DNA from: the human T2T-CHM13v2.0 reference genome, Homo sapiens | DNA length: 64,000 nucleotides | Strand: one strand, 5' to 3' | NCBI RefSeq assembly: GCF_009914755.1 | Contig: NC_060931.1 | Part shown: piece after piece, positions 40,921-54,700 of the stretch | Layout: each line of letters starts with the position of its first letter | Numbering within the stretch: position 1 is the stretch's first letter | Notes under the pieces: model-generated | Database searches by the model: none | Told to the model about the DNA's origin: nothing | The model's input: only the letters and a program-made list of their open reading frames with translations | Program-made: the position numbers and the translations under genes

Positions 40921-43900
40921 GCCAACAGTAGAAAGGGAAATATCTTCAAATAAAAACCAGACAGAATCATTCTCAGCAAATTCTTTGTGATGTGTGCGTT
41001 CAACTCACATAGTTTAACCTTTCTTTTCATAGAGCAGTTTGGAAACACTCTGTTTGTAAAGTCTGCAAGTGGATATATGGACCGCATTGAGGCCTTCGTT
41101 GGAAACGGGATTTCTTCATTTCATGCTAGACAGAAGAATTCTCAGTAACTTCTTTGTGCTGTGTGTATTCAACTCACAGAGTGGAACGTCCCTTTCCACA
41201 GAGCAGATTTGAAACACTCTTTTTGTGGAGTTTGCAAGTGGAGATTTCAACCGATTTGATGCCAACAGTAGAAAAGGAAATATCTTCAAATAAAAACTAG
41301 ACAGAATCATTCTCAGAAACTACTTTGTGATGTGTGCCTTCAACTCACAGAGTTCAACCTTTCTTTTCTTAGAGCAGTTTAGAAACACTCTGCTTGTTAT
41401 GTCTGCAAGTGGATATTTGGACCTCTTTGAGGCCTTCGTTGCAAACGGGGTTTCTTCCTTTCATGCTAGACTAAGAAGAGTTCTCAGTAACTTTTTTGTG
41501 TTGTGTGTATTCAACTCACAGAGTTGAACCTTGCTTTAGAGAGAGCAGATTTGAAACACTCTTGCTGTGGCATTTTCAGGTGGAGATTTCAAGCGATTTG
41601 AGGACAATTGCAGAAAAGGAAATATCTTCGTATAATAACCAGACAGAATCATTCTCAGAAAGTGCTTTGTGATGTGTGCGTTCAACTCACAGAGTTTAAC
41701 CTTTCTTTTCATAGAGGAGTTTGGAAACACACTGTTTGTAAAGTCTGCAAGTGGATACATGGACCTGTTTGAGGCCTTCGTTGGAAACGGGATTTCTTCA
41801 TTGAATGCTAGACGGAAGAATTCTCAGTAAATTCTTTGTGTTGTGTGCATTCAACTCACAGAGTGGAACGTCCCTTTAGACAGAGCAGATTTGAAACACT
41901 CTTTTTGCGGAATTTGCAAGTGGAGATTTCTAGCCATTTGATGCCAACAGTAGAAAGGGAAATATCTTCAAATAAAAACCAGACAGAATCATTCTCAGAA
42001 AATTCTTTGTGATGTGTGCGTTCAACTCACATAGTTTAACCTTTCTTTTCATAGAGCAGTTTGGAAACACTCTGTTTGTAAAGTCTGCAAGTGGATATAT
42101 GGACCGCATTGAGGCCTTCGTTGGAAACAGGATTTCTTCATTTCATGCTAGACAGAAGAATTCTCAGTAACTTCTTTGTGCTGTGTGTATTCAACTCACA
42201 GAGTGGAACGTCCCTTTGCACAGAGCAGATTTGAAACACTCTTTTTGTGGAGTTTGCAAGTGGAGATTTCAAGCGATTTGATGCCAACAGTAGAAAAGGA
42301 AATATCTTCAAATAAAAACTAGACAGAATCATTCTCAGAAACTACTTTGTGATGTGTGCCTTCAACTCACAGAGTTTAACCTTTCTTTTCTTAGAGCAGT
42401 TTAGAAACACTCTGCTTGTTATGTCTGCAAGTGGATATTTGGACCTCTTTGAGGCCTTCGTTGCAAACGGGGTTTCTTCCTTTCATGCTAGACTAAGAAG
42501 AGTTCTCAGTAACTTTTTTGTGTTGTGTGTATTCAACTCACAGAGTTGAACCTTGCTTTAGAGAGAGCAGATTTGAAACACTCTTGCTGTGGCATTTTCA
42601 GGTGGAGATTTCAAGCGATTTGAGGACAATTGCAGAAAAGGAAATATCTTCGTATAATAACCAGACAGAATCATTCTCAGAAAGTGCTTTGTGATGTGTG
42701 CGTTCAACTCACAGAGTTTAACCTTTCTTTTCATAGAGGAGTTTGGAAACACACTGTTTGTAAAGTCTGCAAGTGGATACATGGACCTGTTTGAGGCCTT
42801 CGTTGGAAACGGGATTTCTTCATTGAATGCTAAACGGAAGAATTCTCAGTAAATTCTTTGTGTTGTGTGCATTCAACTCACAGAGTGGAACGTCCCTTTA
42901 GACAGAGCAGATTTGAAACACTCTTTTTGCGGAATTTGCAAGTGGAGATTTCTAGCCATTTGATGCCAACAGTAGAAAGGGAAATATCTTCAAATAAAAA
43001 CCAGACAGAATCATTCTCAGAAAATTCTTTGTGATGTGTGCGTTCAACTCACATAGTTTAACCTTTCTTTTCATAGAGCAGTTTGGAAACACTCTGTTTG
43101 TAAAGTCTGCAAGTGGATATATGGACCGCATTGAGGCCTTCGTTGGAAACGGGATTTCTTCATTTCATGCTAGACAGAAGAATTCTCAGTAACTTCTTTG
43201 TGCTGTGTGTATTCAACTCACAGAGTGGAACGTCCCTTTGCAGAGAGCAGATTTGAAACACTCTTTTTGTGGAGTTTGCAAGTGGAGATTTCAAGCGATT
43301 TGATGCCAACAGTAGAAAAGGAAATATCTTCAAATAAAAACTAGACAGAATCATTCTCAGAAACTACTTTGTGATGTGTGCCTTCAACTCACAGAGTTTA
43401 ACCTTTCTTTTCTTAGAGCAGTTTAGAAACACTCTGCTTGTTATGACTGCAAGTGGATATTTGGACCTCTTTGAGGCCTTCGTTGCAAACGGGGTTTCTT
43501 CCTTTCATGCTAGACTAAGAAGAGTTCTCAGTAACTTTTTTGTGTTGTGTGTATTAAACTCACAGAGTTGAACCTTGCTTTAGAGAGAGCAGATTTGAAA
43601 CACTCTTGCTGTGGCATTTTCAGGTGGAGATTTCAAGCGATTTGAGGACAATTGCAGAAAAGGAAATATCTTCGTATAATAACCAGACAGAATCATTCTC
43701 AGAAAGTGCTTTGTGATGTGTGCGTTCAACTCACAGAGTTTAACCTTTCTTTTCATAGAGGAGTTTGGAAACACACTGTTTGTAAGGACTGCAAGTGGAT
43801 ATATGGACCTGTTTGAGGCCTTCGTTGGAAACGGGATTTCTTCATTGAATGCTAGACGGAAGAATTCTCAGTAAATTCTTTGTGTTGTGTGCATTCAACT

Positions 43901-46500
43901 CACAGAGTGGAACGTCCCTTTAGACACAGCAGATTTGAAACACTCTTTTTGCGGAATTTGCAAGTGGAGATTTCTAGCCATTTGATGCCAACAGTAGAAA
44001 GGGAAATATCTTCAAATAAAAACCAGACAGAATCATTCTCAGCAAATTCTTTGTGATGTGTGCGTTCAACTCACATAGTTTAACCTTTCTTTTCATAGAG
44101 CAGTTTGGAAACACTCTGTTTGTAAAGTCTGCAAGTGGATATATGGACCGCATTGAGGCCTTCGTTGGAAACGGGATTTCTTCATTTCATGCTAGACAGA
44201 AGAATTCTCAGTAACTTCTTTGTGCTGTGTGTATTCAACTCACAGAGTGGAACGTCCCTTTCCACAGAGCAGATTTGAAACACTCTTTTTGTGGAGTTTG
44301 CAAGTGGAGATTTCAACCGATTTGATGCCAACAGTAGAAAAGGAAATATCTTCAAATAAAAACTAGACAGAATCATTCTCAGAAACTACTTTGTGATGTG
44401 TGCCTTCAACTCACAGAGTTCAACCTTTCTTTTCTTAGAGCAGTTTAGAAACACTCTGCTTGTTATGTCTGCAAGTGGATATTTGGACCTCTTTGAGGCC
44501 TTCGTTGCAAACGGGGTTTCTTCCTTTCATGCTAGACTAAGAAGAGTTCTCAGTAACTTTTTTGTGTTGTGTGTATTCAACTCACAGAGTTGAACCTTGC
44601 TTTAGAGAGAGCAGATTTGAAACACTCTTGCTGTGGCATTTTCAGGTGGAGATTTCAAGCGATTTGAGGACAATTGCAGAAAAGGAAATATCTTCGTATA
44701 ATAACCAGACAGAATCATTCTCAGAAAGTGCTTTGTGATGTGTGCGTTCAACTCACAGAGTTTAACCTTTCTTTTCATAGAGGAGTTTGGAAACACACTG
44801 TTTGTAAAGTCTGCAAGTGGATACATGGACCTGTTTGAGGCCTTCGTTGGAAACGGGATTTCTTCATTGAATGCTAGACGGAAGAATTCTCAGTAAATTC
44901 TTTGTGTTGTGTGCATTCAACTCACAGAGTGGAACGTCCCTTTAGACAGAGCAGATTTGAAACATTCTTTTTGCGGAATTTGCAAGTGGAGATTTCTAGC
45001 CATTTGATGCCAACAGTAGAAAGGGAAATATCTTCAAATAAAAACCAGACAGAATCATTCTCAGAAAATTCTTTGTGATGTGTGCGTTCAACTCACATAG
45101 TTTAACCTTTCTTTTCATAGAGCAGTTTGGAAACACTCTGTTTGTAAAGTCTGCAAGTGGATATATGGACCGCATTGAGGCCTTCGTTGGAAACAGGATT
45201 TCTTCATTTCATGCTAGACAGAAGAATTCTCAGTAACTTCTTTGTGCTGTGTGTATTCAACTCACAGAGTGGAACGTCCCTTTGCACAGAGCAGATTTGA
45301 AACACTCTTTTTGTGGAGTTTGCAAGTGGAGATTTCAAGCGATTTGATGCCAACAGTAGAAAAGGAAATATCTTCAAATAAAAACTAGACAGAATCATTC
45401 TCAGAAACTACTTTGTGATGTGTGCCTTCAACTCACAGAGTTTAACCTTTCTTTTCTTAGAGCAGTTTAGAAACACTCTGCTTGTTACGTCTGCAAGTGG
45501 ATATTTGGACCTCTTTGAGGCCTTCGTTGCAAACGGGGTTTCTTCCTTTCATGCTAGACTAAGAAGAGTTCTCAGTAACTTTTTTGTGTTGTGTGTATTC
45601 AACTCACAGAGTTGAACCTTGCTTTAGAGAGAGCAGATTTGAAACACTCTTGCTGTGGCATTTTCAGGTGGAGATTTCAAGCGATTTGAGGACAATTGCA
45701 GAAAAGGAAATATCTTCGTATAATAACCAGACAGAATCATTCTCAGAAAGTGCTTTGTGATGTGTGCGTTCAACTCACAGAGTTTAACCTTTCTTTTCAT
45801 AGAGGAGTTTGGAAACACACTGTTTGTAAAGTCTGCAAGTGGATACATGGACCTGTTTGAGGCCTTCGTTGGAAACGGGATTTCTTCATTGAATGCTAGA
45901 CGGAAGAATTCTCAGTAAATTCTTTGTGTTGTGTGCATTCAACTCACAGAGTGGAACGTCCCTTTAGACAGAGCAGATTTGAAACACTCTTTTTGCGGAA
46001 TTTGCAAGTGGAGATTTCTAGCCATTTGATGCCAACAGTAGAAAGGGAAATATCTTCAAATAAAAACCAGACAGAATCATTCTCAGAAAATTCTTTGTGA
46101 TGTGTGCGTTCAACTCACATAGTTTAACCTTTCTTTTCATAGAGCAGTTTGGAAACACTCTGTTTGTAAAGTCTGCAAGTGGATATATGGACCGCATTGA
46201 GGCCTTCGTTGGAAACGGGATTTCTTCATTTCATGCTAGACAGAAGAATTCTCAGTAACTTCTTTGTGCTGTGTGTATTCAACTCACAGAGTGGAACGTC
46301 CCTTTGCAGAGAGCAGATTTGAAACACTCTTTTTGTGGAGTTTGCAAGTGGAGATTTCAAGCGATTTGATGCCAACAGTAGAAAAGGAAATATCTTCAAA
46401 TAAAAACTAGACAGAATCATTCTCAGAAACTACTTTGTGATGTGTGCCTTCAACTCACAGAGTTTAACCTTTCTTTTCTTAGAGCAGTTTAGAAACACTC
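40180..46500 (+). repeat. Tandem duplication of a 3-HOR block (period 3066 bp)
   Basis: The ATGACT/ATTAAA/CAGCAA/TTCCAC/CAACCG unit, the broken-CENP-B-box unit (42129, 45195) and the GCAGAG unit repeat in the same order. Boundaries are approximate. Confidence 0.8.
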
Positions 46501-48799
46501 TGCTTGTTACGTCTGCAAGTGGATATTTGGACCTCTTTGAGGCCTTCGTTGCAAACGGGGTTTCTTCCTTTCATGCTAGACTAAGAAGAGTTCTCAGTAA
46601 CTTTTTTGTGTTGTGTGTATTCAACTCACAGAGTTGAACCTTGCTTTAGAGAGAGCAGATTTGAAACACTCTTGCTGTGGCATTTTCAGGTGGAGATTTC
46701 AAGCGATTTGAGGACAATTGCAGAAAAGGAAATATCTTCGTATAATAACCAGACAGAATCATTCTCAGAAAGTGCTTTGTGATGTGTGCGTTCAACTCAC
46801 AGAGTTTAACCTTTCTTTTCATAGAGGAGTTTGGAAACACACTGTTTGTAAAGTCTGCAAGTGGATATATGGACCTGTTTGAGGCCTTCGTTGGAAACGG
46901 GATTTCTTCATTGAATGCTAGACGGAAGAATTCTCAGTAAATTCTTTGTGTTGTGTGCATTCAACTCACAGAGTGGAACGTCCCTTTAGACAGAGCAGAT
47001 TTGAAACACTCTTTTTGCGGAATTTGCAAGTGGAGATTTCTAGCCATTTGATGCCAACAGTAGAAAGGGAAATATCTTCAAATAAAAACCAGACAGAATC
47101 ATTCTCAGAAAATTCTTTGTGATGTGTGCGTTCAACTCACATAGTTTAACCTTTCTTTTCATAGAGCAGTTTGGAAACACTCTGTTTGTAAAGTCTGCAA
47201 GTGGATATATGGACCGCATTGAGGCCTTCGTTGGAAACGGGATTTCTTCATTTCATGCTAGACAGAAGAATTCTCAGTAACTTCTTTGTGCTGTGTGTAT
47301 TCAACTCACAGAGTGGAACGTCCCTTTGCACAGAGCAGATTTGAAACACTCTTTTTGTGGAGTTTGCAAGTGGAGATTTCAAGCGATTTGATGCCAACAG
47401 TAGAAAAGGAAATATCTTCAAATAAAAACTAGACAGAATCATTCTCAGAAACTACTTTGTGATGTGTGCCTTCAACTCACAGAGTTTAACCTTTCTTTTC
47501 TTAGAGCAGTTTAGAAACACTCTGCTTGTTATGTCTGCAAGTGGATATTTGGACCTCTTTGAGGCCTTCGTTGCAAACGGGGTTTCTTCCTTTCATGCTA
47601 GACTAAGAAGAGTTCTCAGTAACTTTTTTGTGTTGTGTGTATTCAACTCACAGAGTTGAACCTTGCTTTAGAGAGAGCAGATTTGAAACACTCTTGCTGT
47701 GGCATTTTCAGGTGGAGATTTCAAGCGATTTGAGGACAATTGCAGAAAAGGAAATATCTTCGTATAATAACCAGACAGAATCATTCTCAGAAAGTGCTTT
47801 GTGATGTGTGCGTTCAACTCACAGAGTTTAACCTTTCTTTTCATAGAGGAGTTTGGAAACACACTGTTTGTAAAGTCTGCAAGTGGATACATGGACCTGT
47901 TTGAGGCCTTCGTTGGAAACGGGATTTCTTCATTGAATGCTAGACGGAAGAATTCTCAGTAAATTCTTTGTGTTGTGTGCATTCAACTCACAGAGTGGAA
48001 CGTCCCTTTAGACAGAGCAGATTTGAAACACTCTTTTTGCGGAATTTGCAAGTGGAGATTTCTAGCCATTTGATGCCAACAGTAGAAAGGGAAATATCTT
48101 CAAATAAAAACCAGACAGAATCATTCTCAGAAAATTCTTTGTGATGTGTGCGTTCAACTCACATAGTTTAACCTTTCTTTTCATAGAGCAGTTTGGAAAC
48201 ACTCTGTTTGTAAAGTCTGCAAGTGGATATATGGACCGCATTGAGGCCTTCGTTGGAAACGGGATTTCTTCATTTCATGCTAGACAGAAGAATTCTCAGT
48301 AACTTCTTTGTGCTGTGTGTATTCAACTCACAGAGTGGAACGTCCCTTTGCAGAGAGCAGATTTGAAACACTCTTTTTGTGGAGTTTGCAAGTGGAGATT
48401 TCAAGCGATTTGATGCCAACAGTAGAAAAGGAAATATCTTCAAATAAAAACTAGACAGAATCATTCTCAGAAACTACTTTGTGATGTGTGCCTTCAACTC
48501 ACAGAGTTTAACCTTTCTTTTCTTAGAGCAGTTTAGAAACACTCTGCTTGTTACGTCTGCAAGTGGATATTTGGACCTCTTTGAGGCCTTCGTTGCAAAC
48601 GGGGTTTCTTCCTTTCATGCTAGACTAAGAAGAGTTCTCAGTAACTTTTTTGTGTTGTGTGTATTCAACTCACAGAGTTGAACCTTGCTTTAGAGAGAGC
48701 AGATTTGAAACACTCTTGCTGTGGCATTTTCAGGTGGAGATTTCAAGCGATTTGAGGACAATTGCAGAAAAGGAAATATCTTCGTATAATAACCAGACA

Positions 48800-51700
48800 G
48801 AATCATTCTCAGAAAGTGCTTTGTGATGTGTGCGTTCAACTCACAGAGTTTAACCTTTCTTTTCATAGAGGAGTTTGGAAACACACTGTTTGTAAAGTCT
48901 GCAAGTGGATACATGGACCTGTTTGAGGCCTTCGTTGGAAACGGGATTTCTTCATTGAATGCTAGACGGAAGAATTCTCAGTAAATTCTTTGTGTTGTGT
49001 GCATTCAACTCACAGAGTGGAACGTCCCTTTAGACAGAGCAGATTTGAAACACTCTTTTTGCGGAATTTGCAAGTGGAGATTTCTAGCCATTTGATGCCA
49101 ACAGTAGAAAGGGAAATATCTTCAAATAAAAACCAGACAGAATCATTCTCAGAAAATTCTTTGTGATGTGTGCGTTCAACTCACATAGTTTAACCTTTCT
49201 TTTCATAGAGCAGTTTGGAAACACTCTGTTTGTAAAGTCTGCAAGTGGATATATGGACCGCATTGAGGCCTTCGTTGGAAACGGGATTTCTTCATTTCAT
49301 GCTAGACAGAAGAATTCTCAGTAACTTCTTTGTGCTGTGTGTATTCAACTCACAGAGTGGAACGTCCCTTTGCACAGAGCAGATTTGAAACACTCTTTTT
49401 GTGGAGTTTGCAAGTGGAGATTTCAAGCGATTTGATGCCAACAGTAGAAAAGGAAATATCTTCAAATAAAAACTAGACAGAATCATTCTCAGAAACTACT
49501 TTGTGATGTGTGCCTTCAACTCACAGAGTTTAACCTTTCTTTTCTTAGAGCAGTTTAGAAACACTCTGCTTGTTACGTCTGCAAGTGGATATTTGGACCT
49601 CTTTGAGGCCTTCGTTGCAAACGGGGTTTCTTCCTTTCATGCTAGACTAAGAAGAGTTCTCAGTAACTTTTTTGTGTTGTGTGTATTCAACTCACAGAGT
49701 TGAACCTTGCTTTAGAGAGAGCAGATTTGAAACACTCTTGCTGTGGCATTTTCAGGTGGAGATTTCAAGCGATTTGAGGACAATTGCAGAAAAGGAAATA
49801 TCTTCGTATAATAACCAGACAGAATCATTCTCAGAAAGTGCTTTGTGATGTGTGCGTTCAACTCACAGAGTTTAACCTTTCTTTTCATAGAGGAGTTTGG
49901 AAACACACTGTTTGTAAAGTCTGCAAGTGGATATATGGACCTGTTTGAGGCCTTCGTTGGAAACGGGATTTCTTCATTGAATGCTAGACGGAAGAATTCT
50001 CAGTAAATTCTTTGTGTTGTGTGCATTCAACTCACAGAGTGGAACGTCCCTTTAGACAGAGCAGATTTGAAACACTCTTTTTGCGGAATTTGCAAGTGGA
50101 GATTTCTAGCCATTTGATGCCAACAGTAGAAAGGGAAATATCTTCAAATAAAAACCAGACAGAATCATTCTCAGAAAATTCTTTGTGATGTGTGCGTTCA
50201 ACTCACATAGTTTAACCTTTCTTTTCATAGAGCAGTTTGGAAACACTCTGTTTGTAAAGTCTGCAAGTGGATATATGGACCGCATTGAGGCCTTCGTTGG
50301 AAACGGGATTTCTTCATTTCATGCTAGACAGAAGAATTCTCAGTAACTTCTTTGTGCTGTGTGTATTCAACTCACAGAGTGGAACGTCCCTTTGCACAGA
50401 GCAGATTTGAAACACTCTTTTTGTGGAGTTTGCAAGTGGAGATTTCAAGCGATTTGATGCCAACAGTAGAAAAGGAAATATCTTCAAATAAAAACTAGAC
50501 AGAATCATTCTCAGAAACTACTTTGTGATGTGTGCCTTCAACTCACAGAGTTTAACCTTTCTTTTCTTAGAGCAGTTTAGAAACACTCTGCTTGTTATGT
50601 CTGCAAGTGGATACTTGGACCTCTTTGAGGCCTTCGTTGCAAACGGGGTTTCTTCCTTTCATGCTAGACTAAGAAGAGTTCTCAGTAACTTTTTTGTGTT
50701 GTGTGTATTCAACTCACAGAGTTGAACCTTGCTTTAGAGAGAGCAGATTTGAAACACTCTTGCTGTGGCATTTTCAGGTGGAGATTTCAAGCGATTTGAG
50801 GACAATTGCAGAAAAGGAAATATCTTCGTATAATAACCAGACAGAATCATTCTCAGAAAGTGCTTTGTGATGTGTGCGTTCAACTCACAGAGTTTAACCT
50901 TTCTTTTCATAGAGGAGTTTGGAAACACACTGTTTGTAAAGTCTGCAAGTGGATATATGGACCTGTTTGAGGCCTTCGTTGGAAACGGGATTTCCTCATT
51001 GAATGCTTGACGGAAGAATTCTCAGTAAATTCTTTGTGTTGTGTGCATTCAACTCACAGAGTGGAACGTCCCTTTAGACAGAGCAGATTTGAAACACTCT
51101 TTTTGCGGAATTTGCAAGTGGAGATTTCTAGCCATTTGATGCCAACAGTAGAAAGGGAAATATCTTCAAATAAAAACCAGACAGAATCATTCTCAGAAAA
51201 TTCTTTGTGATGTGTGCGTTCAACTCACATAGTTTAACCTTTCTTTTCATAGAGCAGTTTGGAAACACTCTGTAAAGTCTGCAAGTGGATATATGGACCG
51301 CATTGAGGCCTTCGTTGGAAACGGGATTTCTTCATTTCATGCTAGACAGAAGAATTCTCAGTAACTTCTTTGTGCTGTGTGTATTCAACTCACAGAGTGG
51401 AACGTCCCTTTACACAGAGCAGATTTGAAACACTCTTTTTGTGGAGTTTGCAAGTGGAGATTTCAAGCGATTTGATGCCAACAGTAGAAAAGGAAATATC
51501 TTCAAATAAAAACTAGACAGAATCATTCTCAGAAACTACTTTGTGATGTGTGCCTTCAACTCACAGAGTTTAACCTTTCTTTTCTTAGAGCAGTTTAGAA
51601 ACACTCTGCTTGTTATGTCTGCAAGTGGATATTTGGACCTCTTTGAGGCCTTCGTTGCAAACGGGGTTTCTTCCTTTCATGCTAGACTAAGAAGAGTTCT

Positions 51701-54700
51701 CAGTAACTTTTTTGTGTTGTGTGTATTCAACTCACAGAGTTGAACCTTGCTTTAGAGAGAGCAGATTTGAAACACTCTCGCTGTGGCATTTTCAGGTGGA
51801 GATTTCAAGCGATTTGAGGACAATTGCAGAAAAGGAAATATCTTCGTATAATAACCAGACAGAATCATTCTCAGAAAGTGCTTTGTGATGTGTGCGTTCA
51901 ACTCACAGAGTTTAACCTTTCTTTTCATAGAGGAGTTTGGAAACACACTGTTTGTAAGGACTGCAAGTGGATATATGGACCTGTTTGAGGCCTTCGTTGG
52001 AAACGGGATTTCTTCATTGAATGCTAGACGGAAGAATTCTCAGTAAATTCTTTGTGTTGTGTGCATTCAACTCACAGAGTGGAACGTCCCTTTAGACAGA
52101 GCAGATTTGAAACACTCTTTTTGTGGAATTTGCAAGTGGAGATTTCTAGCCATTTGATGCCAACAGTAGAAAGGGAAATATCTTCAAATAAAAACCAGAC
52201 AGAATCATTCTCAGAAAATTCTTTGTGATGTGTGCGTTCAACTCACATAGTTTAACCTTTCTTTTCATAGAGCAGTTTGGAAACACTCTGTTTGTAAAGT
52301 CTGCAAGTGGATATATGGACCGCATTGAGGCCTTCGTTGGAAACGGGATTTCTTCATTTCATGCTAGACAGAAGAATTCTCAGTAACTTCTTTGTGCTGT
52401 GTGTATTCAACTCACAGAGTGGAACGTCCCTTTGCACAGAGCAGATTTGAAACACTCTTTTTGTTGAGTTTGCAAGTGGAGATTTCAAGCGATTTGATGC
52501 CAACAGTAGAAAAGGAAATATCTTCAAATAAAAACTAGACAGAATCATTCTCAGAAACTACTTTGTGATGTGTGCCTTCAACTCACAGAGTTCAACCTTT
52601 CTTTTCTTAGAGCAGTTTAGAAACACTCTGCTTGTTATGTCTGCAAGTGGATATTTGGACCTCTTTGAGGCCTTCGTTGCAAACGGGGTTTCTTCCTTTC
52701 ATGCTAGACTAAGAAGAGTTCTCAGTAACTTTTTTGTGTTGTGTGTATTCAACTCACAGAGTTGAACCTTGCTTTAGAGAGAGCAGATTTGAAACACTCT
52801 TGCTGTGGCATTTTCAGGTGGAGATTTCAAGCGATTTGAGGACAATTGCAGAAAAGGAAATATCTTCGTATAATAACCAGACAGAATCATTCTCAGAAAG
52901 TGCTTTGTGATGTGTGCGTTCAACTCACAGAGTTTAACCTTTCTTTTCATAGAGGAGTTTGGAAACACACTGTTTGTAAAGTCTGCAAGTGGATACATGG
53001 ACCTGTTTGAGGCCTTCGTTGGAAACGGGATTTCTTCATTGAATGCTAGACGGAAGAATTCTCAGTAAATTCTTTGTGTTGTGTGCATTCAACTCACAGA
53101 GTGGAACGTCCCTTTAGACAGAGCAGATTTGAAACACTCTTTTTGCGGAATTTGCAAGTGGAGATTTCTAGCCATTTGATGCCAACAGTAGAAAGGGAAA
53201 TATCTTCAAATAAAAACCAGACAGAATCATTCTCAGAAAATTCTTTGTGATGTGTGCGTTCAACTCACATAGTTTAACCTTTCTTTTCATAGAGCAGTTT
53301 GGAAACACTCTGTTTGTAAAGTCTGCAAGTGGATATATGGACCGCATTGAGGCCTTCGTTGGAAACGGGATTTCTTCATTTCATGCTAGACAGAAGAATT
53401 CTCAGTAACTTCTTTGTGCTGTGTGTATTCAACTCACAGAGTGGAACGTCCCTTTGCACAGAGCAGATTTGAAACACTCTTTTTGTGGAGTTTGCAAGTG
53501 GAGATTTCAAGCGATTTGATGCCAACAGTAGAAAAGGAAATATCTTCAAATAAAAACTAGACAGAATCATTCTCAGAAACTACTTTGTGATGTGTGCCTT
53601 CAACTCACAGAGTTTAACCTTTCTTTTCTTAGAGCAGTTTAGAAACACTCTGCTTGTTATGTCTGCAAGTGGATATTTGGACCTCTTTGAGGCCTTCGTT
53701 GCAAACGGGGTTTCTTCCTTTCATGCTAGACTAAGAAGAGTTCTCAGTAACTTTTTTGTGTTGTGTGTATTCAACTCACAGAGTTGAACCTTGCTTTAGA
53801 GAGAGCAGATTTGAAACACTCTTGCTGTGGCATTTTCAGGTGGAGATTTCAAGCGATTTGAGGACAATTGCAGAAAAGGAAATATCTTCGTATAATAACC
53901 AGACAGAATCATTCTCAGAAAGTGCTTTGTGATGTGTGCGTTCAACTCACAGAGTTTAACCTTTCTTTTCATAGAGGAGTTTGGAAACACACTGTTTGTA
54001 AAGTCTGCAAGTGGATACATGGACCTGTTTGAGGCCTTCGTTGGAAACGGGATTTCTTCATTGAATGCTAGACGGAAGAATTCTCAGTAAATTCTTTGTG
54101 TTGTGTGCATTCAACTCACAGAGTGGAACGTCCCTTTAGACAGAGCAGATTTGAAACACTCTTTTTGCGGAATTTGCAAGTGGAGATTTCTAGCCATTTG
54201 ATGCCAACAGTAGAAAGGGAAATATCTTCAAATAAAAACCAGACAGAATCATTCTCAGAAAATTCTTTGTGATGTGTGCGTTCAACTCACATAGTTTAAC
54301 CTTTCTTTTCATAGAGCAGTTTGGAAACACTCTGTTTGTAAAGTCTGCAAGTGGATATATGGACCGCATTGAGGCCTTCGTTGGAAACGGGATTTCTTCA
54401 TTTCATGCTAGACAGAAGAATTCTCAGTAACTTCTTTGTGCTGTGTGTATTCAACTCACAGAGTGGAACGTCCCTTTACACAGAGCAGATTTGAAACACT
54501 CTTTTTGTGGAGTTTGCAAGTGGAGATTTCAAGCGATTTGATGCCAACAGTAGAAAAGGAAATATCTTCAAATAAAAACTAGACAGAATCATTCTCAGAA
54601 ACTACTTTGTGATGTGTGCCTTCAACTCACAGAGTTTAACCTTTCTTTTCTTAGAGCAGTTTAGAAACACTCTGCTTGTTATGTCTGCAAGTGGATATTT

